Below, one piece after another: positions 14,502 through 24,614 of a DNA stretch of 33,806 nucleotides. Source of the stretch: an uncultured Candidatus Saccharibacteria bacterium (lineage in GTDB: Bacteria > Patescibacteriota > Saccharimonadia > Saccharimonadales > JAGPDM01); contig CAZUNB010000008.1 of NCBI GenBank assembly GCA_964622235.1, positions 1 to 33,806 of the forward strand. Reading direction: 5' to 3'. The notes beneath the pieces are model-generated. The model made no database searches and was not told the origin of the DNA. It worked only from the letters and a program-made list of their open reading frames with translations. The position numbers were made by a program, and so were the translations under genes. Positions within the stretch are counted from its first letter, which is position 1; the number at the start of each line of letters is the position of its first letter.

Positions 14502-16987
14502 TTTTTACCAACTTTTGTATCAACCTTAAGAGGCACACCTATATCGTGGACTGACTCCATGGTCTCTTTTACAAGCTTAGCAACTGACTCGGCTTCGTCG
14601 GTTGGTGCTTCAATCAAAATACTGTCATGGACTTGAACTAATTGGAAAACACTTTTTGGTAGCATATTATCAAGCTGTACCATCGCCAATTTCATTAGAT
14701 CAGCCGCACTACCTTGAATTGGCATATTGACGGCCGCCCGATAAGCCGCCTCGCGAACAATAAAGTTACTCGACCTGACATCTGGAGTTGGTCGTCGTCT
14801 ACCAAAAATAGTTTCGACGAAACCTTCGTTTTTAGCTTTCTTTTTTGTGGTCTCAATGAATTCAGCCAACTTTGGTCGGACTGAAAAGTAAGCATCGATG
14901 AACTGCTTGGCATCACTGTAGCTCAAACCTGTTCCTTGTGACAGACCATGTACTCCTTGGCCATACATAACACCAAAGTTTACTGCTTTTGCTTGGTAGC
15001 GCTGCATATCAGTAACCTCATTTTCTTCTAAGCCAAAAATCTGCGCAGCAGTACGCTTATGGATATCTACATCATCCTTAAATGCTTTAACCATATCTGC
15101 TTCTCCACTCAGAACGGCAGCAATCCTTAATTCAAACTGACTATAGTCGGCATGTATAAAACTCATTTTTTTGCTTGGTATAAAAGCACCCCGAATCTTG
15201 CGGCCTAGTTCAGATCGTACAGGAATATTCTGTAAGTTTGGCTCACGGCTCGACAGTCGACCAGTACTAGCGACATCCATGTCGAATTGAGTATGAATTC
15301 GTCCATCGCCTTCAACCTGCTCTGGTAAGGTCCTAATATAGGTGCTGAGAAGTTTAGTAATTTCTCTGTAACGAATAATCTCATCGATTATCGGATGGAG
15401 CTGTTGTAGTTTCGATAATTCACTATGCGCAGTGCTGAAACCAGATTTTGTTTTTTTAATAAATTCAGTTGGTAGTCCAATATCATCATACAAAACAACT
15501 GCCAGTTGGCGTGGTGAACTAATATTAAACTCTTGATCAGCGAGACCATAAATCTTTTGTTCAATCATAGCGATTTCGTCTTCGACTTCACTAGAAAGCT
15601 CTGTCAATATCTCACTATTAACTGCAATTCCGCGTGCTTCCATCCGTGCCAGAATTGCACTAACAGGCCACTCAATTTCTTTTACTAGTTTGTCCATTTT
15701 CTGAATTCGCAACATTTCTTTTTGTGTTTCGTAGATTTGCCAAAGCTCAGTGATTGCTTGGTCTATAGTTTCGATTTCAGCATCTGCGTAATGCTCAAAT
15801 CCGTGGTCTTTATCCAGCGGATTAAGCAAAAATCCAGCCTGCTTAATATCATGTTCGATTGAAATATCCAGATTGCTTGCTAGCTGTTTAATTATATCTT
15901 TGGCATTGTAGGCGACCAATTTTTTACCTTTTGCAATGTCTTCTAGTTTTTCAAGTTCAAAATACGAACTAGGTTGATAGGATGCAAACCATCTATCTTT
16001 AAACTCATGCACAGCAATTATTTTTTCTGGACTTTTCGGTGAGGATACAAGTTTGGATAAAACTATTTTCTTCCTTCCACGAGTAGACTTACTGGCTGAC
16101 TTGCCCACACCAACTCCCCAATTCTCTGGAATCTCACGTAGCAAGCTTTTGAAAGCAAATTTCTCTAAGATGGCAATTACTTTTTCAGGCTCAACGTGGT
16201 TCAGCCGAGCCGTAGCGAAATCAACCTTTATTGGCGCATCAAGCTGTAATGTAACCAGTTTCTTCGACAGAAAAGCCATATCTCTATCATTAATCAACTT
16301 TATCTTAGTTGCTCCAGTAATCTGTTCGATATTTTCATAGATATCTTCGAGTGTCCTGAACTCATCTAACAGCTTCATAGCACCCTTTCGACCAACTCCT
16401 TTGACGCCAGGTATGTTGTCGCTACTGTCGCCCATAAGAGACTTAAGATCAATCATCTGCTCAGGTGTCACACCATATTCTTCAAATAATTTCGCTTCAT
16501 CCAACAACTCAACATTTGATAACCCGCGCTTAAGATTAGCAACCTGGGTGTGCTTGTTGATCAGTTGGAATGAATCTTGGTCAGAAGTTATCAAAATACT
16601 TTCAATTTTCTTCTGTTCATAGGCTTGCTTAGCAACAACACCAAGCAAATCATCAGCCTCATAATCATCAAGCTCAAATAGCGGCCAACCAAAAGCCTCG
16701 AGCAATTCCATAAGCAACGGAATTTGTGCACGCATATCATCTGGCATCGGCTTTCTACCTGCTTTGTATTCCGGATAAAGCTCAAGTCGCGAACGAATAT
16801 TTGTACCTTTCTTATCCCAAGCTACAATTGCGTAATCAGGCGAAAACCGCTTAAGACTTTCAAGAGCCATACTGGCAAAACCGTAGACACCACCAGTCGG
16901 TGTGCCATCTGATAATGCAAGATATGGCATAGCATAATAGCCACGATAAAAAACACTCTTTCCATCAATTGCGATTAACTTCGACAT
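14486..16987 (-). CDS. polA: DNA polymerase I
   Basis: 833-aa ORF with an N-terminal 5'-nuclease domain (IAIDGKSVFYRGYYAM...). Polymerase motifs seen: A (HADYSQFELRIAA), B (RYQAKAVNFGVMYG) and C (VQVHDSILIE). Confidence 0.96.
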   Translation of the reverse strand: MSKLIAIDGKSVFYRGYYAMPYLALSDGTPTGGVYGFASMALESLKRFSPDYAIVAWDKKGTNIRSRLELYPEYKAGRKPMPDDMRAQIPLLMELLEAFGWPLFELDDYEADDLLGVVAKQAYEQKKIESILITSDQDSFQLINKHTQVANLKRGLSNVELLDEAKLFEEYGVTPEQMIDLKSLMGDSSDNIPGVKGVGRKGAMKLLDEFRTLEDIYENIEQITGATKIKLINDRDMAFLSKKLVTLQLDAPIKVDFATARLNHVEPEKVIAILEKFAFKSLLREIPENWGVGVGKSASKSTRGRKKIVLSKLVSSPKSPEKIIAVHEFKDRWFASYQPSSYFELEKLEDIAKGKKLVAYNAKDIIKQLASNLDISIEHDIKQAGFLLNPLDKDHGFEHYADAEIETIDQAITELWQIYETQKEMLRIQKMDKLVKEIEWPVSAILARMEARGIAVNSEILTELSSEVEDEIAMIEQKIYGLADQEFNISSPRQLAVVLYDDIGLPTEFIKKTKSGFSTAHSELSKLQQLHPIIDEIIRYREITKLLSTYIRTLPEQVEGDGRIHTQFDMDVASTGRLSSREPNLQNIPVRSELGRKIRGAFIPSKKMSFIHADYSQFELRIAAVLSGEADMVKAFKDDVDIHKRTAAQIFGLEENEVTDMQRYQAKAVNFGVMYGQGVHGLSQGTGLSYSDAKQFIDAYFSVRPKLAEFIETTKKKAKNEGFVETIFGRRRPTPDVRSSNFIVREAAYRAAVNMPIQGSAADLMKLAMVQLDNMLPKSVFQLVQVHDSILIEAPTDEAESVAKLVKETMESVHDIGVPLKVDTKVGKNWGEL

Positions 16988-17009
16988 ATTCAGTCCTAGT
17001 GTAACAGAT

Positions 17010-17603
17010 TTAGCTTAAGTAATTGTTTGGCAGCAATGATTTTAGTTTTCGCCAAAGATCATCAATCGTTCCGTCATTGACAATCTGTATATCGGCATTT
17101 TCTTTTATTGAATAAATATTTTGTTCATTTTTACCAGAGGTTACTTGTGATTCTTTTTTTTCATTACGTTCAAAAATATCCTTTGAGTAGCTCTCCAAAT
17201 CCCGCTTACGTGATTGAGCACGATCAAAGCGGAGCTCTAATGGTGCATCTACAAAGATAATAACTCCGCCCTTATTTTTAATGAAGTCTGCTTCAGCTTT
17301 GGCGCGAAGTCCGGAAACAACAATTCGTTTTTTATCTGTAGTTGCGGCTGAGTTAGCTTGCTCGAAAGCAATTTTAGTAAAATAGTCTGCACCATTCTTA
17401 TCTCTTATTTTGTTAGCAAAAGGTCGAAGCATTGTTCTATCGCTCTCTAATCCGGCAGTCTTGGCTGCAGCCCGGACCATATCACTACTAGAGACATGGG
17501 TATAGCCTGCTCGTTTGGCGAGTAATTCGGCGATTACATCTTTACCACTGGCAAAGCTACCGCTAATCCCAATTAAGAGTGCTCCATCTCGCTGATCACT
17601 CAT
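17010..17603 (-). CDS. P-loop nucleotide kinase-like protein (CoaE-like or dNMP-kinase-like; subfamily uncertain)
   Basis: 197-aa ORF with the Walker A LLIGISGSFASGKDVIAELL, which has the atypical GKD ending. Its start abuts the nadK stop with no gap. Confidence 0.55.
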   Translation of the reverse strand: MSDQRDGALLIGISGSFASGKDVIAELLAKRAGYTHVSSSDMVRAAAKTAGLESDRTMLRPFANKIRDKNGADYFTKIAFEQANSAATTDKKRIVVSGLRAKAEADFIKNKGGVIIFVDAPLELRFDRAQSRKRDLESYSKDIFERNEKKESQVTSGKNEQNIYSIKENADIQIVNDGTIDDLWRKLKSLLPNNYLS

Positions 17604-18428
17604 CTAGGTAATTTCAAACTTTTCTCTAATCTGATGAAAGAAATCAGCTTTACGAAAGCTAATGAATTTAGCCACGCATGGTGCTCGAGAAACTGTTATT
17701 TTGTCACCTGGTTGAAGGGAGAAAAGTTCAGCACCATCAGCGCTGACTACCACGTCAGCCGGCTCACCAGATATCATTTTTAACTGTTTATGAGCACGGA
17801 ACTGACCAACATCTACAACTACGTGTTGGTATTGATCAAGTACTAAGCTCGGTGTTGGGACTTTATGATCAAGCAGTTCAGTTACAATCATTCCTTTGGT
17901 TTCCGGCGTCATAATCGGACCATGGGCAGCTAGGTTGTAGGCAGTTGAACCAGTCGGCGTTGAGACCAACATGCCACTTCCACGAAATGTAACGTAATGA
18001 CTGTCATCAACTGAAACTTCAAGCGAGACGACACTAAGCGGACTGGTTACAACGATATCGTTGAGTGCGACGCTACTAAAAACCTCTTTTTGGTTGCGAA
18101 TGACTTTGGCTTCGACCATAAACCGCGGCGAAAGCATAAAATCCTGATTGGCAACCGCCGCGACAGCATTAATAAGCGATTCACCTCTATTAATGGCTGC
18201 TAGGAAACCAATAGTACCACGGTTAATTCCGCATAAAAGCGCTTCGGTTAAACTAAATAGTCGTGCCGCTTCCAGCATCGCACCATCACCACCAACGATG
18301 AAAATAATCTCTGCTTGTTCAAAATCTTCGACCTCAACAATTGAGTTTTTCGAAAATTCAGCCCGTAGCTCATCGAGTGTTGCGGCTATTTCATCAGTTT
18401 TCATTCGGTAGAATATAGCAGCGTTCAT
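17604..18428 (-). CDS. nadK: NAD(+) kinase
   Basis: 274-aa ORF. Motifs: IFIVGGDGAMLEAARL (GGDG), NDIVV and STPTGSTAYNLAAHGP. Confidence 0.93.
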   Translation of the reverse strand: MNAAIFYRMKTDEIAATLDELRAEFSKNSIVEVEDFEQAEIIFIVGGDGAMLEAARLFSLTEALLCGINRGTIGFLAAINRGESLINAVAAVANQDFMLSPRFMVEAKVIRNQKEVFSSVALNDIVVTSPLSVVSLEVSVDDSHYVTFRGSGMLVSTPTGSTAYNLAAHGPIMTPETKGMIVTELLDHKVPTPSLVLDQYQHVVVDVGQFRAHKQLKMISGEPADVVVSADGAELFSLQPGDKITVSRAPCVAKFISFRKADFFHQIREKFEIT

Positions 18429-18440
18429 GATTTCAATGTC

Positions 18441-19520
18441 CTATTGAATGTAGTCTTTAAATCGTTTGCTTTCTTTACTCTTGCGTAATTTCGCTAGAGC
18501 TTTCGCTTCGATTTGGCGGATTCTCTCTCTAGTAACGCCAAATTCACGACCCACCTCTTCGAGCGTATGCGTTTTGCCATCATCAAGACCAAAACGTAGT
18601 CGTAATATTTTTTGCTCACGGTCACTTAATGCATTTAAAACCATATTGACATGTTCGCGTAGTAACTGATTAGTTGCTGCTTCTTCAGGACTTTCAGTGT
18701 CTTCATCTTCAATAAAATCACCGAGAACTGAATCTTCTTCGTCGTCACGGACCGCAGCATCGAGGCTACTGATGTCCTGCTTGATTTTCATGATATGTTC
18801 GACCTTATCGATATCGAGTTCCATCTCTTTTGCAACTTCAGCATTGGTTGGCTCACGGTTAAGCTCCTGTGTCATACGACGATGAGTGCGGAGAAGCTTA
18901 TTTATAGTCTCAACCATGTGAACTGGAATTCGAATCGTTCGAGCTTGATCAGCAATTGCACGAGTTATTGCCTGACGAATCCACCAAGTAGCATATGTGG
19001 AGAACTTAAAGCCTTTGTTGGGGTCAAATTTTTCAACTGCTCGTAAAAGCCCAGTATTTCCTTCCTGGATCAAGTCAAGCAGATCAAGTCCACGACCTAC
19101 ATAGCGCTTGGCGATACTGACAACCAAACGCATATTGGCTTCAGCCATATAATCTTTAGCGCGCTTATCACCTGCCTGGACCTTACGAGCTAATGTGATT
19201 TCCTCTTCAGCATTAAGAAGGGGGATTTTACCAATTTCACGTAGATATAAGCGGACCGAGTCATCTGAAATATCGTCGAGGTAACGATCATCCGGTTTCG
19301 ATGTATCTTCATCGTCATCTTTGTCAGTTGAAAGAATTTTAATACCACCGTCGACCAAAGCTCCGTAGATCTCATCAAGGATATCGACATTATTTTCATT
19401 ATCAGGGATTTGATCAAAGATGTCCTTTTGATCAATTTCACCTTTTTTCTTAGCAGTTGCTAAAATCTTTTTCTTTATTTCTTCAAGGTCCTCTGGGGTT
19501 ACTTTTTTTTGACTAGTCAA
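18441..19520 (-). CDS. rpoD: RNA polymerase sigma factor, sigma-70 primary-type (RpoD/SigA)
   Basis: 359-aa ORF. Region 2 reads [30 protein letters not shown]. Region 4.2 reads [24 protein letters not shown]. It lies immediately downstream of dnaG with an 8-nt overlap. Confidence 0.95.
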   Translation of the reverse strand: MTSQKKVTPEDLEEIKKKILATAKKKGEIDQKDIFDQIPDNENNVDILDEIYGALVDGGIKILSTDKDDDEDTSKPDDRYLDDISDDSVRLYLREIGKIPLLNAEEEITLARKVQAGDKRAKDYMAEANMRLVVSIAKRYVGRGLDLLDLIQEGNTGLLRAVEKFDPNKGFKFSTYATWWIRQAITRAIADQARTIRIPVHMVETINKLLRTHRRMTQELNREPTNAEVAKEMELDIDKVEHIMKIKQDISSLDAAVRDDEEDSVLGDFIEDEDTESPEEAATNQLLREHVNMVLNALSDREQKILRLRFGLDDGKTHTLEEVGREFGVTRERIRQIEAKALAKLRKSKESKRFKDYIQ

Positions 19521-21360
19521 AACTTGCTTCTCCTTCTATTGGCTCTATGCCTAGTACCGTTGCCTGGTACTTTTCTAGTAGCTTAGCGGCAGCGATATGA
19601 TCGCCGGCGGCTTCAGCTTGCTTTATTGCAGTTGTTAAATTATTTTGTTGTCTTTTTTTTGCGTTTTGTAAGACCCGTCTGAGCAAATTACTTGCTTCTT
19701 GTTCACGCTCGTAGACGGTCCATTCGCCAAAGAGTTCTTCGGCTCTAAACTTCACTATTTTCTCATAATTAGAGACCTCAGACAACCCCAAGTCTTGTTC
19801 GGTGTCAATGTTCTGCTTTAAATAGTGGTGTAAGCGCCGCCCTATCTCTGTCGGGAAAACTTCAGACTCTACATTAATCACCTCTTTGGCGCTTTCTGGA
19901 TAGGCACTAGCTATCCCAAGCAAAGTTTCTTCGAGTTGACGTATCTCGTCGATTGCAGCAACTTGATAAGCGGCCTTTTTATCAGTCTTCTTTAAGAGGT
20001 TGTCTCTGGTTTCAACCAACCGTTTAATCGAACTAATACTCACGTCTAGCCGTTCAGCAATAACCTTCTGGTAGTGTTCAAATGTCACAGGGTTGTTAAT
20101 TTGTCGTAAGAGTGGAATGATTTCACGATTAAATTTTCGCTTACCTTCAACGGTTTTTAGGTCAAACCTAGCTGCGTATAGTTCAATTAACCAATCCATA
20201 GCTGGCACACGATGCTCAATAGCACGAGACCAGCTACTCGGCTCGTTGGAAATCATACTGTCTGGATCAGCACCATCAGGCATTGCAATAACGCTGAGGT
20301 TGATATCGAGTTGTTGCGCTAGTGAGATTGCTCGTACTGAAGCAGCAATTCCTGCCGAATCACTGTCTAGTGCAAAAGCAATATTTTCAGTAATACGAGA
20401 AATCGCTCGTAACTGATCAATAGTGATTGCTGTTCCGGCAGTAGCAACAACGTTTTTAACACCTGCTTGATGGCTAGCAACTACATCCATATTACCTTCT
20501 GCCAAAATTGCCAAATCAGCTTTACGAATCTCAGCTTGAGCCAAATGCCAGCCAAAAACATGACGACTTTTATCGTATGCCAAGGTTTTAGAAGTGTTGA
20601 GATATTTAGGCTGTGAATCATCCAGAACTCTTCCAGTGAAACCGATTAGTTGACCCTGGGGATTATGAAGTCCAATTACGATCCTGCCACGAAAAACATC
20701 AAATGTTCGACCATTCTTCTGCTTGACCAAGCCCGCCAATACTGCGTCATTAAGGCTAATATTCTTCTTTTGTAACGCCTGCCACAACTGATCATAGCCG
20801 TCAGGGGCGTAACCTATATCAAAATCTTTGATAGTTGAAGCGTGCAACCGACGCCTATCCCTTAGGTAGCCCATCGCGACTGGTGTCCGGAGCAGTGTCG
20901 CCTGATAGAAATTAGCCGCTAACTGGTGCAAAGCTATGATTGTTTTTTTTCGTTCAGTAGTTTTACCATCACGGCCGTATTGTTCAAGTTCAACACCGGC
21001 CTTTCGTGCTAATTTATCAAGAGCTTGAGGAAAATCTAAGCCATCCATTTTCATCACGAAATCAAACATGTCACCACCCTCACCGCAGCCAAAACAATGA
21101 TAAATGCCACGATCACGAGCTACATTAAAACTGGGTGACTTTTCATCATGAAATGGGCATAGCCCTTTTAAACTTGAGCCTGCGCGACGGAGTTCCAAAT
21201 AATCACCAACCACATCTTCGATTGCCAGACGCTCTTTAACTGCCGCTACTCCATCCATATCACTATCATACCCTTGATTATAGCCACCCCAAAACATAAC
21301 GCATTTTTTATAGTGATAAGGGAGTTTTTGAAATTTTAATTTTCGACTAAAGTAACTCAT
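19513..21360 (-). CDS. dnaG: DNA primase DnaG
   Basis: Zinc finger [13 protein letters not shown]...[11 protein letters not shown], plus TOPRIM acidic motifs ([15 protein letters not shown]). The first 34 codons of the track ORF look non-homologous. The real start may be the ATG at 21258 ([17 protein letters not shown]...). Confidence 0.9.
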   Translation of the reverse strand: MSYFSRKLKFQKLPYHYKKCVMFWGGYNQGYDSDMDGVAAVKERLAIEDVVGDYLELRRAGSSLKGLCPFHDEKSPSFNVARDRGIYHCFGCGEGGDMFDFVMKMDGLDFPQALDKLARKAGVELEQYGRDGKTTERKKTIIALHQLAANFYQATLLRTPVAMGYLRDRRRLHASTIKDFDIGYAPDGYDQLWQALQKKNISLNDAVLAGLVKQKNGRTFDVFRGRIVIGLHNPQGQLIGFTGRVLDDSQPKYLNTSKTLAYDKSRHVFGWHLAQAEIRKADLAILAEGNMDVVASHQAGVKNVVATAGTAITIDQLRAISRITENIAFALDSDSAGIAASVRAISLAQQLDINLSVIAMPDGADPDSMISNEPSSWSRAIEHRVPAMDWLIELYAARFDLKTVEGKRKFNREIIPLLRQINNPVTFEHYQKVIAERLDVSISSIKRLVETRDNLLKKTDKKAAYQVAAIDEIRQLEETLLGIASAYPESAKEVINVESEVFPTEIGRRLHHYLKQNIDTEQDLGLSEVSNYEKIVKFRAEELFGEWTVYEREQEASNLLRRVLQNAKKRQQNNLTTAIKQAEAAGDHIAAAKLLEKYQATVLGIEPIEGEASFD

Positions 21361-21499
21361 TTATTGAGCAAAACTAAAGAACCAAAAAGTAAAAAATTAT
21401 AGTGTACTAAAAAAACTGTACCATACATTTAGTTAACAATAGATTCAACTAAACTGGTAGAGTCTAGTCAATTTAAGATGTATATGCTTAAATAACAGT

Positions 21500-22090
21500 A
21501 TGGGACCAAATCAACAATACCCGAGCTACACTCCTCCACCTAACTACAGTGGGGGGAAGAAAGGTGTGACTATTGATAAGCAGATGCTCCTCTATATTGG
21601 CCTCGGTATTGCTTTAGTTCTAGGTGTTATTATGATGTTTGCAAGCCTTGGCGAGAAAGCCCCTGCAACTGCCGCAATCGATACCACTATAGCGAAAGAA
21701 GAAGAATTACTTCGAATTAATGACATTGCTAAGAATAATGTTGGTACTGAATATGAGACGGCTATCATACATGCAAATAGCGTGACCATGACACAAACCA
21801 GCATTCGTCAACTCTATACCTACCGCTCAGAGGTAACTAAGCTACCAAAACTCGATGAAACGATTGTAGCTCAGAACACCAACAATGATCTCGATACAGA
21901 TTTTGAAAAAGCTATCTCGGTTAATCGTTTTAAACAAATCTACAAAGCAACAATGGAGAAACAGCTAAACGGCAACCTAGCTAATCACAAAGACCTTATA
22001 GTAACGACAAGTAATAAAAAACTTAAAACTATTTTAGCCCAGACGATAGCTAATGAAGAAGATTTGCTAGCACAAGTTCAAAAACTTTAG
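21500..22090 (+). CDS. Hypothetical single-pass membrane protein with a Pro/Tyr/Gln-rich N-terminus
   Basis: 196-aa ORF. MGPNQQYPSYTPPPNYSGG... is followed by one TM helix (LLYIGLGIALVLGVIMMFASL) and a helical C-terminal domain. There is no obvious SD, so the start is uncertain. Confidence 0.55.
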   Translation: MGPNQQYPSYTPPPNYSGGKKGVTIDKQMLLYIGLGIALVLGVIMMFASLGEKAPATAAIDTTIAKEEELLRINDIAKNNVGTEYETAIIHANSVTMTQTSIRQLYTYRSEVTKLPKLDETIVAQNTNNDLDTDFEKAISVNRFKQIYKATMEKQLNGNLANHKDLIVTTSNKKLKTILAQTIANEEDLLAQVQKL

Positions 22091-22115
22091 ATATTCCTTA
22101 TAATTTAATTGAATC

Positions 22116-22421
22116 CTATTCAATATCTGTGTTTCCAAGCTGATTTGCTTGAAAAACTAATCCATTCACAACCGCCTCGTCAATCTGACCACTCAAAACT
22201 AATCGTAGCCAAGCCCGTTTACCGGCTTTGGATGTTATCGAAGCGGATTCAAAATTATCTGCATAGTACTTGGCTAAAACTAAATCGATTCGCAGTTCAA
22301 TGGTTGGAACTTTACGTTCAAAAACCTTTGCAAATACGCCGGTGTCATTATAAATTTCAGCAAATCTAGCTTGTTTTTTAACTACATAGGTCAAGAAATA
22401 TTTTTTTATTGTTGTATCCAT
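22116..22421 (-). CDS. Hypothetical protein (possibly MmcQ/YjbR-like)
   Basis: 101 aa from the ATG at 22421 (MDTTIKKYFLTYVV...). The track starts at a TTG at 22439. The C-terminal pattern KAGKRAWLRLVLSGQIDEAVVNGLV resembles the K-x2-W...L-x-G...L motif of YjbR-like proteins, but that is by memory only. No SD before the ATG. Confidence 0.45.
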   Translation of the reverse strand: MDTTIKKYFLTYVVKKQARFAEIYNDTGVFAKVFERKVPTIELRIDLVLAKYYADNFESASITSKAGKRAWLRLVLSGQIDEAVVNGLVFQANQLGNTDIE

Positions 22422-22552
22422 ATTGATATTAGTATACAAGATTCTTACTCTTGATGGTGTGAAATGGAAACTTTATAAAGGTAATAAGTTAATAGTTATT
22501 ACTGAAAAGTATTCATTAGGAGACTATGGCTATCAGTTTTTAGTATCAGTGA

Positions 22553-22626
22553 CTGTATGCATTATTTGTAATTTTAAAAAGATAATTTTAACATTTAAAT
22601 TATACTTTTATAAATAATGTATACAG
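22553..22626. repeat. 18-bp inverted repeat flanking a 38-nt AT-rich loop, 2 nt past the orn stop
   Basis: The left arm is ctgtatgcattatttgta (22553-22570). The right arm is tataaataatgtatacag (22609-22626). Sixteen of 18 positions are Watson-Crick. The other two are G opposite T on the plus strand, which gives G-U in plus-strand RNA and C-A mismatches in minus-strand RNA. Confidence 0.6.
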
Positions 22627-22627
22627 C

Positions 22628-23179
22628 CTAAACAGAGATAAATCGTAGATAATACTGTAGTTCCTGGATGGAACCGCGGATGTCATCGAGTGCTCTATGA
22701 CTACTTTGTTTTTCATAATTCAGATCGAACTTATTTTCAAAAATAACTTTATAACTACTAACATCAAGCATACGATAATGTAATAACGAGTCGATATTTT
22801 TCCAGTATTGTCGTATGAAACGGCGATCTTGATGGATTGAATTACCAGCTAGAATAATAGGTTGTTCTGGAGAATACTCACGGATAATTTTAATAATACA
22901 TTTCTGAATTTTTTCCTCATCTTCGCCTTGATTATTATTCAGTTTTTGCAACAATCCACTTTTAGTATGCATTGACGTAACAAACTGGTTCATCTTTGAT
23001 AAGCAGGCTTCATCTTGCTGAATAATATATTCGAAGCTTTTCACTTCGTTAAACTCCCAATCAGTAACGATACCAGCAACTTCAATAATTTTATCTTGCT
23101 CAGGGTCTAGCCCCGTCATTTCGAGATCCACCCACAGAAGTAAAGGTCTGGATGATTTAGACGATTTACTTTTTAACAT
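22628..23179 (-). CDS. orn: Oligoribonuclease (DEDDh 3'-5' exonuclease)
   Basis: 183-aa ORF. Motifs: LLWVDLEMTGLDPEQDKIIE (Exo I), ILAGNSIHQDRRFI (Exo II) and HRALDDIRGSIQELQYY (Exo III, H-x4-D). Confidence 0.92.
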   Translation of the reverse strand: MLKSKSSKSSRPLLLWVDLEMTGLDPEQDKIIEVAGIVTDWEFNEVKSFEYIIQQDEACLSKMNQFVTSMHTKSGLLQKLNNNQGEDEEKIQKCIIKIIREYSPEQPIILAGNSIHQDRRFIRQYWKNIDSLLHYRMLDVSSYKVIFENKFDLNYEKQSSHRALDDIRGSIQELQYYLRFISV

Positions 23180-23612
23180 AGCCCGTCAAATGTTGTGATG
23201 GGTTTTCACCGGACCCATATGTTGCAAAATTTTTGTGGTGTGCTGGTACATTGAATTTTTCATTAGAAACATCATGCTTTATCGCACACCAAAACTGCTC
23301 GGTCTGAGCTATTATTTCAGTAGAATAGCCCATTAAACCATTGGCGTAACCACAATAAAGACAATTAAACTTTTGAACTAGGTTTAAATATCCAAGTTTA
23401 ACTCTATCAATTTTTATATACTCCTTACGATTTACAAGGGGTATACCGTAAAGGGGAAAGCAAATTCTGTGATAAATTTCAACTCCGATATCAAAAATAA
23501 CTAACACTATTCCCATACCATAGATAAAAGGTATCGAGATTGTATGTCGTATGAAACGGACACTACTTTGTCTTTTTTCAATGGCACCAAAAATATTTTC
23601 AGCTAATTTCAT
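23166..23612 (-). CDS. Conserved-looking hypothetical membrane protein with a C-x2-C ... C-x3-H motif
   Basis: 148-aa ORF with a hydrophobic segment (ISIPFIYGMGIVLVIFDIGVEIY). This is followed by NCLYCGYANGLMGYSTEIIAQTEQFWCAIKH. Its 3' end overlaps the orn start by 14 nt. Confidence 0.65.
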   Translation of the reverse strand: MKLAENIFGAIEKRQSSVRFIRHTISIPFIYGMGIVLVIFDIGVEIYHRICFPLYGIPLVNRKEYIKIDRVKLGYLNLVQKFNCLYCGYANGLMGYSTEIIAQTEQFWCAIKHDVSNEKFNVPAHHKNFATYGSGENPSQHLTGYVKK

Positions 23613-23633
23613 TTATTAATATTACCAGTGTTG

Positions 23634-24614
23634 CTAGTGCTCGACAACTCTAATTGACTCATTGCCTGCTTGAGAGCGCATAATAATTATTCCACCATAT
23701 GGCAAAGTGACCCGTGGGGTTGTATGTCCAAAATCAACGTTTGCAATAATTGGTATGCTTTTTAAAGCAGGATTATTCGCGACTAAATCGCTCAAATCAG
23801 AAAACTTAGCGTTAGAACTAGTAGGCATACGACCTATTAACATACCAGTAAGCTTAGAAAGGTCTACGATACCACTTAAATAGCCAAGTTGGGACTGAAA
23901 CTGGCCGATTGATGTTTCACCGTCAATCTCAACACCTAAAATCATATTATTTAATTCAGGCAAGACGTTAACCGCTGCCAAATTTAACAATGAACCAAAA
24001 TGACCAATGACTAACTGACCTTCAACTGTAGCCTCGGCACCTAGACTTTTCCAACCTAGATTTTTATGACTAGTAACACTCACGTCGTTGTCCTTATATG
24101 TTTTATCAAACCATATAAGTGAAGGATCGATAGAAAAAGAGTGCGTGGAGAAAATAATTTTTTCGAAATACTTGCGCGTATAATCACTTCCTTCGGCTTG
24201 GGAGAAACTAGAAAAATTAGGGCCGTACAATGTTGAGATGTTAAGCGCTTTATGTATTGTCGCAACTAAAACCGTATTATCTGAATAGCCACAAAAAAAC
24301 TTTTTATCACCTCGAAGCTTCTTAAATTTTAAAGCTGCCACTAATTCACTTTCAATATACCCACCAGCAGCAGCCAAGACTAATCCCACCTTTGGATCTG
24401 CAAATGCTTCGTATAAATCACGACAACGACCGGCAATTGACTGATCACCTATTTTCGCCGAATTGCCATACTCCACCTCGAGACCAAGTGAACACAAATA
24501 TTGCTCACTTGTCGATATTTCTAGTTTGCTAAGCTTCGTCAATGGATCGCTTGGTGCTACAACCCGAACTACTGATCCTGGCTTCAAACGTCGAGGAAAT
24601 TTGATTCGGGGCAT
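23634..24614 (-). CDS. LD-carboxypeptidase (peptidase S66, LdcA/MccF-like)
   Basis: 326-aa ORF. VRVVAPSDPL at the N-terminus, the nucleophile elbow FFCGYSDNT and a C-terminal VDFGHTTP (catalytic His) fit the S66 pattern. Its ATG overlaps the upstream stop in a TAATG arrangement. Confidence 0.8.
   Translation of the reverse strand: MPRIKFPRRLKPGSVVRVVAPSDPLTKLSKLEISTSEQYLCSLGLEVEYGNSAKIGDQSIAGRCRDLYEAFADPKVGLVLAAAGGYIESELVAALKFKKLRGDKKFFCGYSDNTVLVATIHKALNISTLYGPNFSSFSQAEGSDYTRKYFEKIIFSTHSFSIDPSLIWFDKTYKDNDVSVTSHKNLGWKSLGAEATVEGQLVIGHFGSLLNLAAVNVLPELNNMILGVEIDGETSIGQFQSQLGYLSGIVDLSKLTGMLIGRMPTSSNAKFSDLSDLVANNPALKSIPIIANVDFGHTTPRVTLPYGGIIIMRSQAGNESIRVVEH

Noticed and set aside
15800-16100. Possible loss of the 3'-5' proofreading residues in PolA. 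The Exo I region reads IIAVHEFKDRW instead of a D-x-E motif.
   Set aside because: The by-eye alignment of this divergent middle domain is ambiguous: N-A-K-D and Y-A-D-A-E could be shifted Exo II and Exo III motifs. Exo-deficient PolA is also common, so this is neither secure nor unusual.
22423-22617. A 64-aa plus-strand ORF in the AT-rich spacer downstream of orn.
   Set aside because: It has low-complexity I/K/L/Y composition driven by AT-richness and no SD. It spans the inverted repeat, which better explains the sequence constraint.
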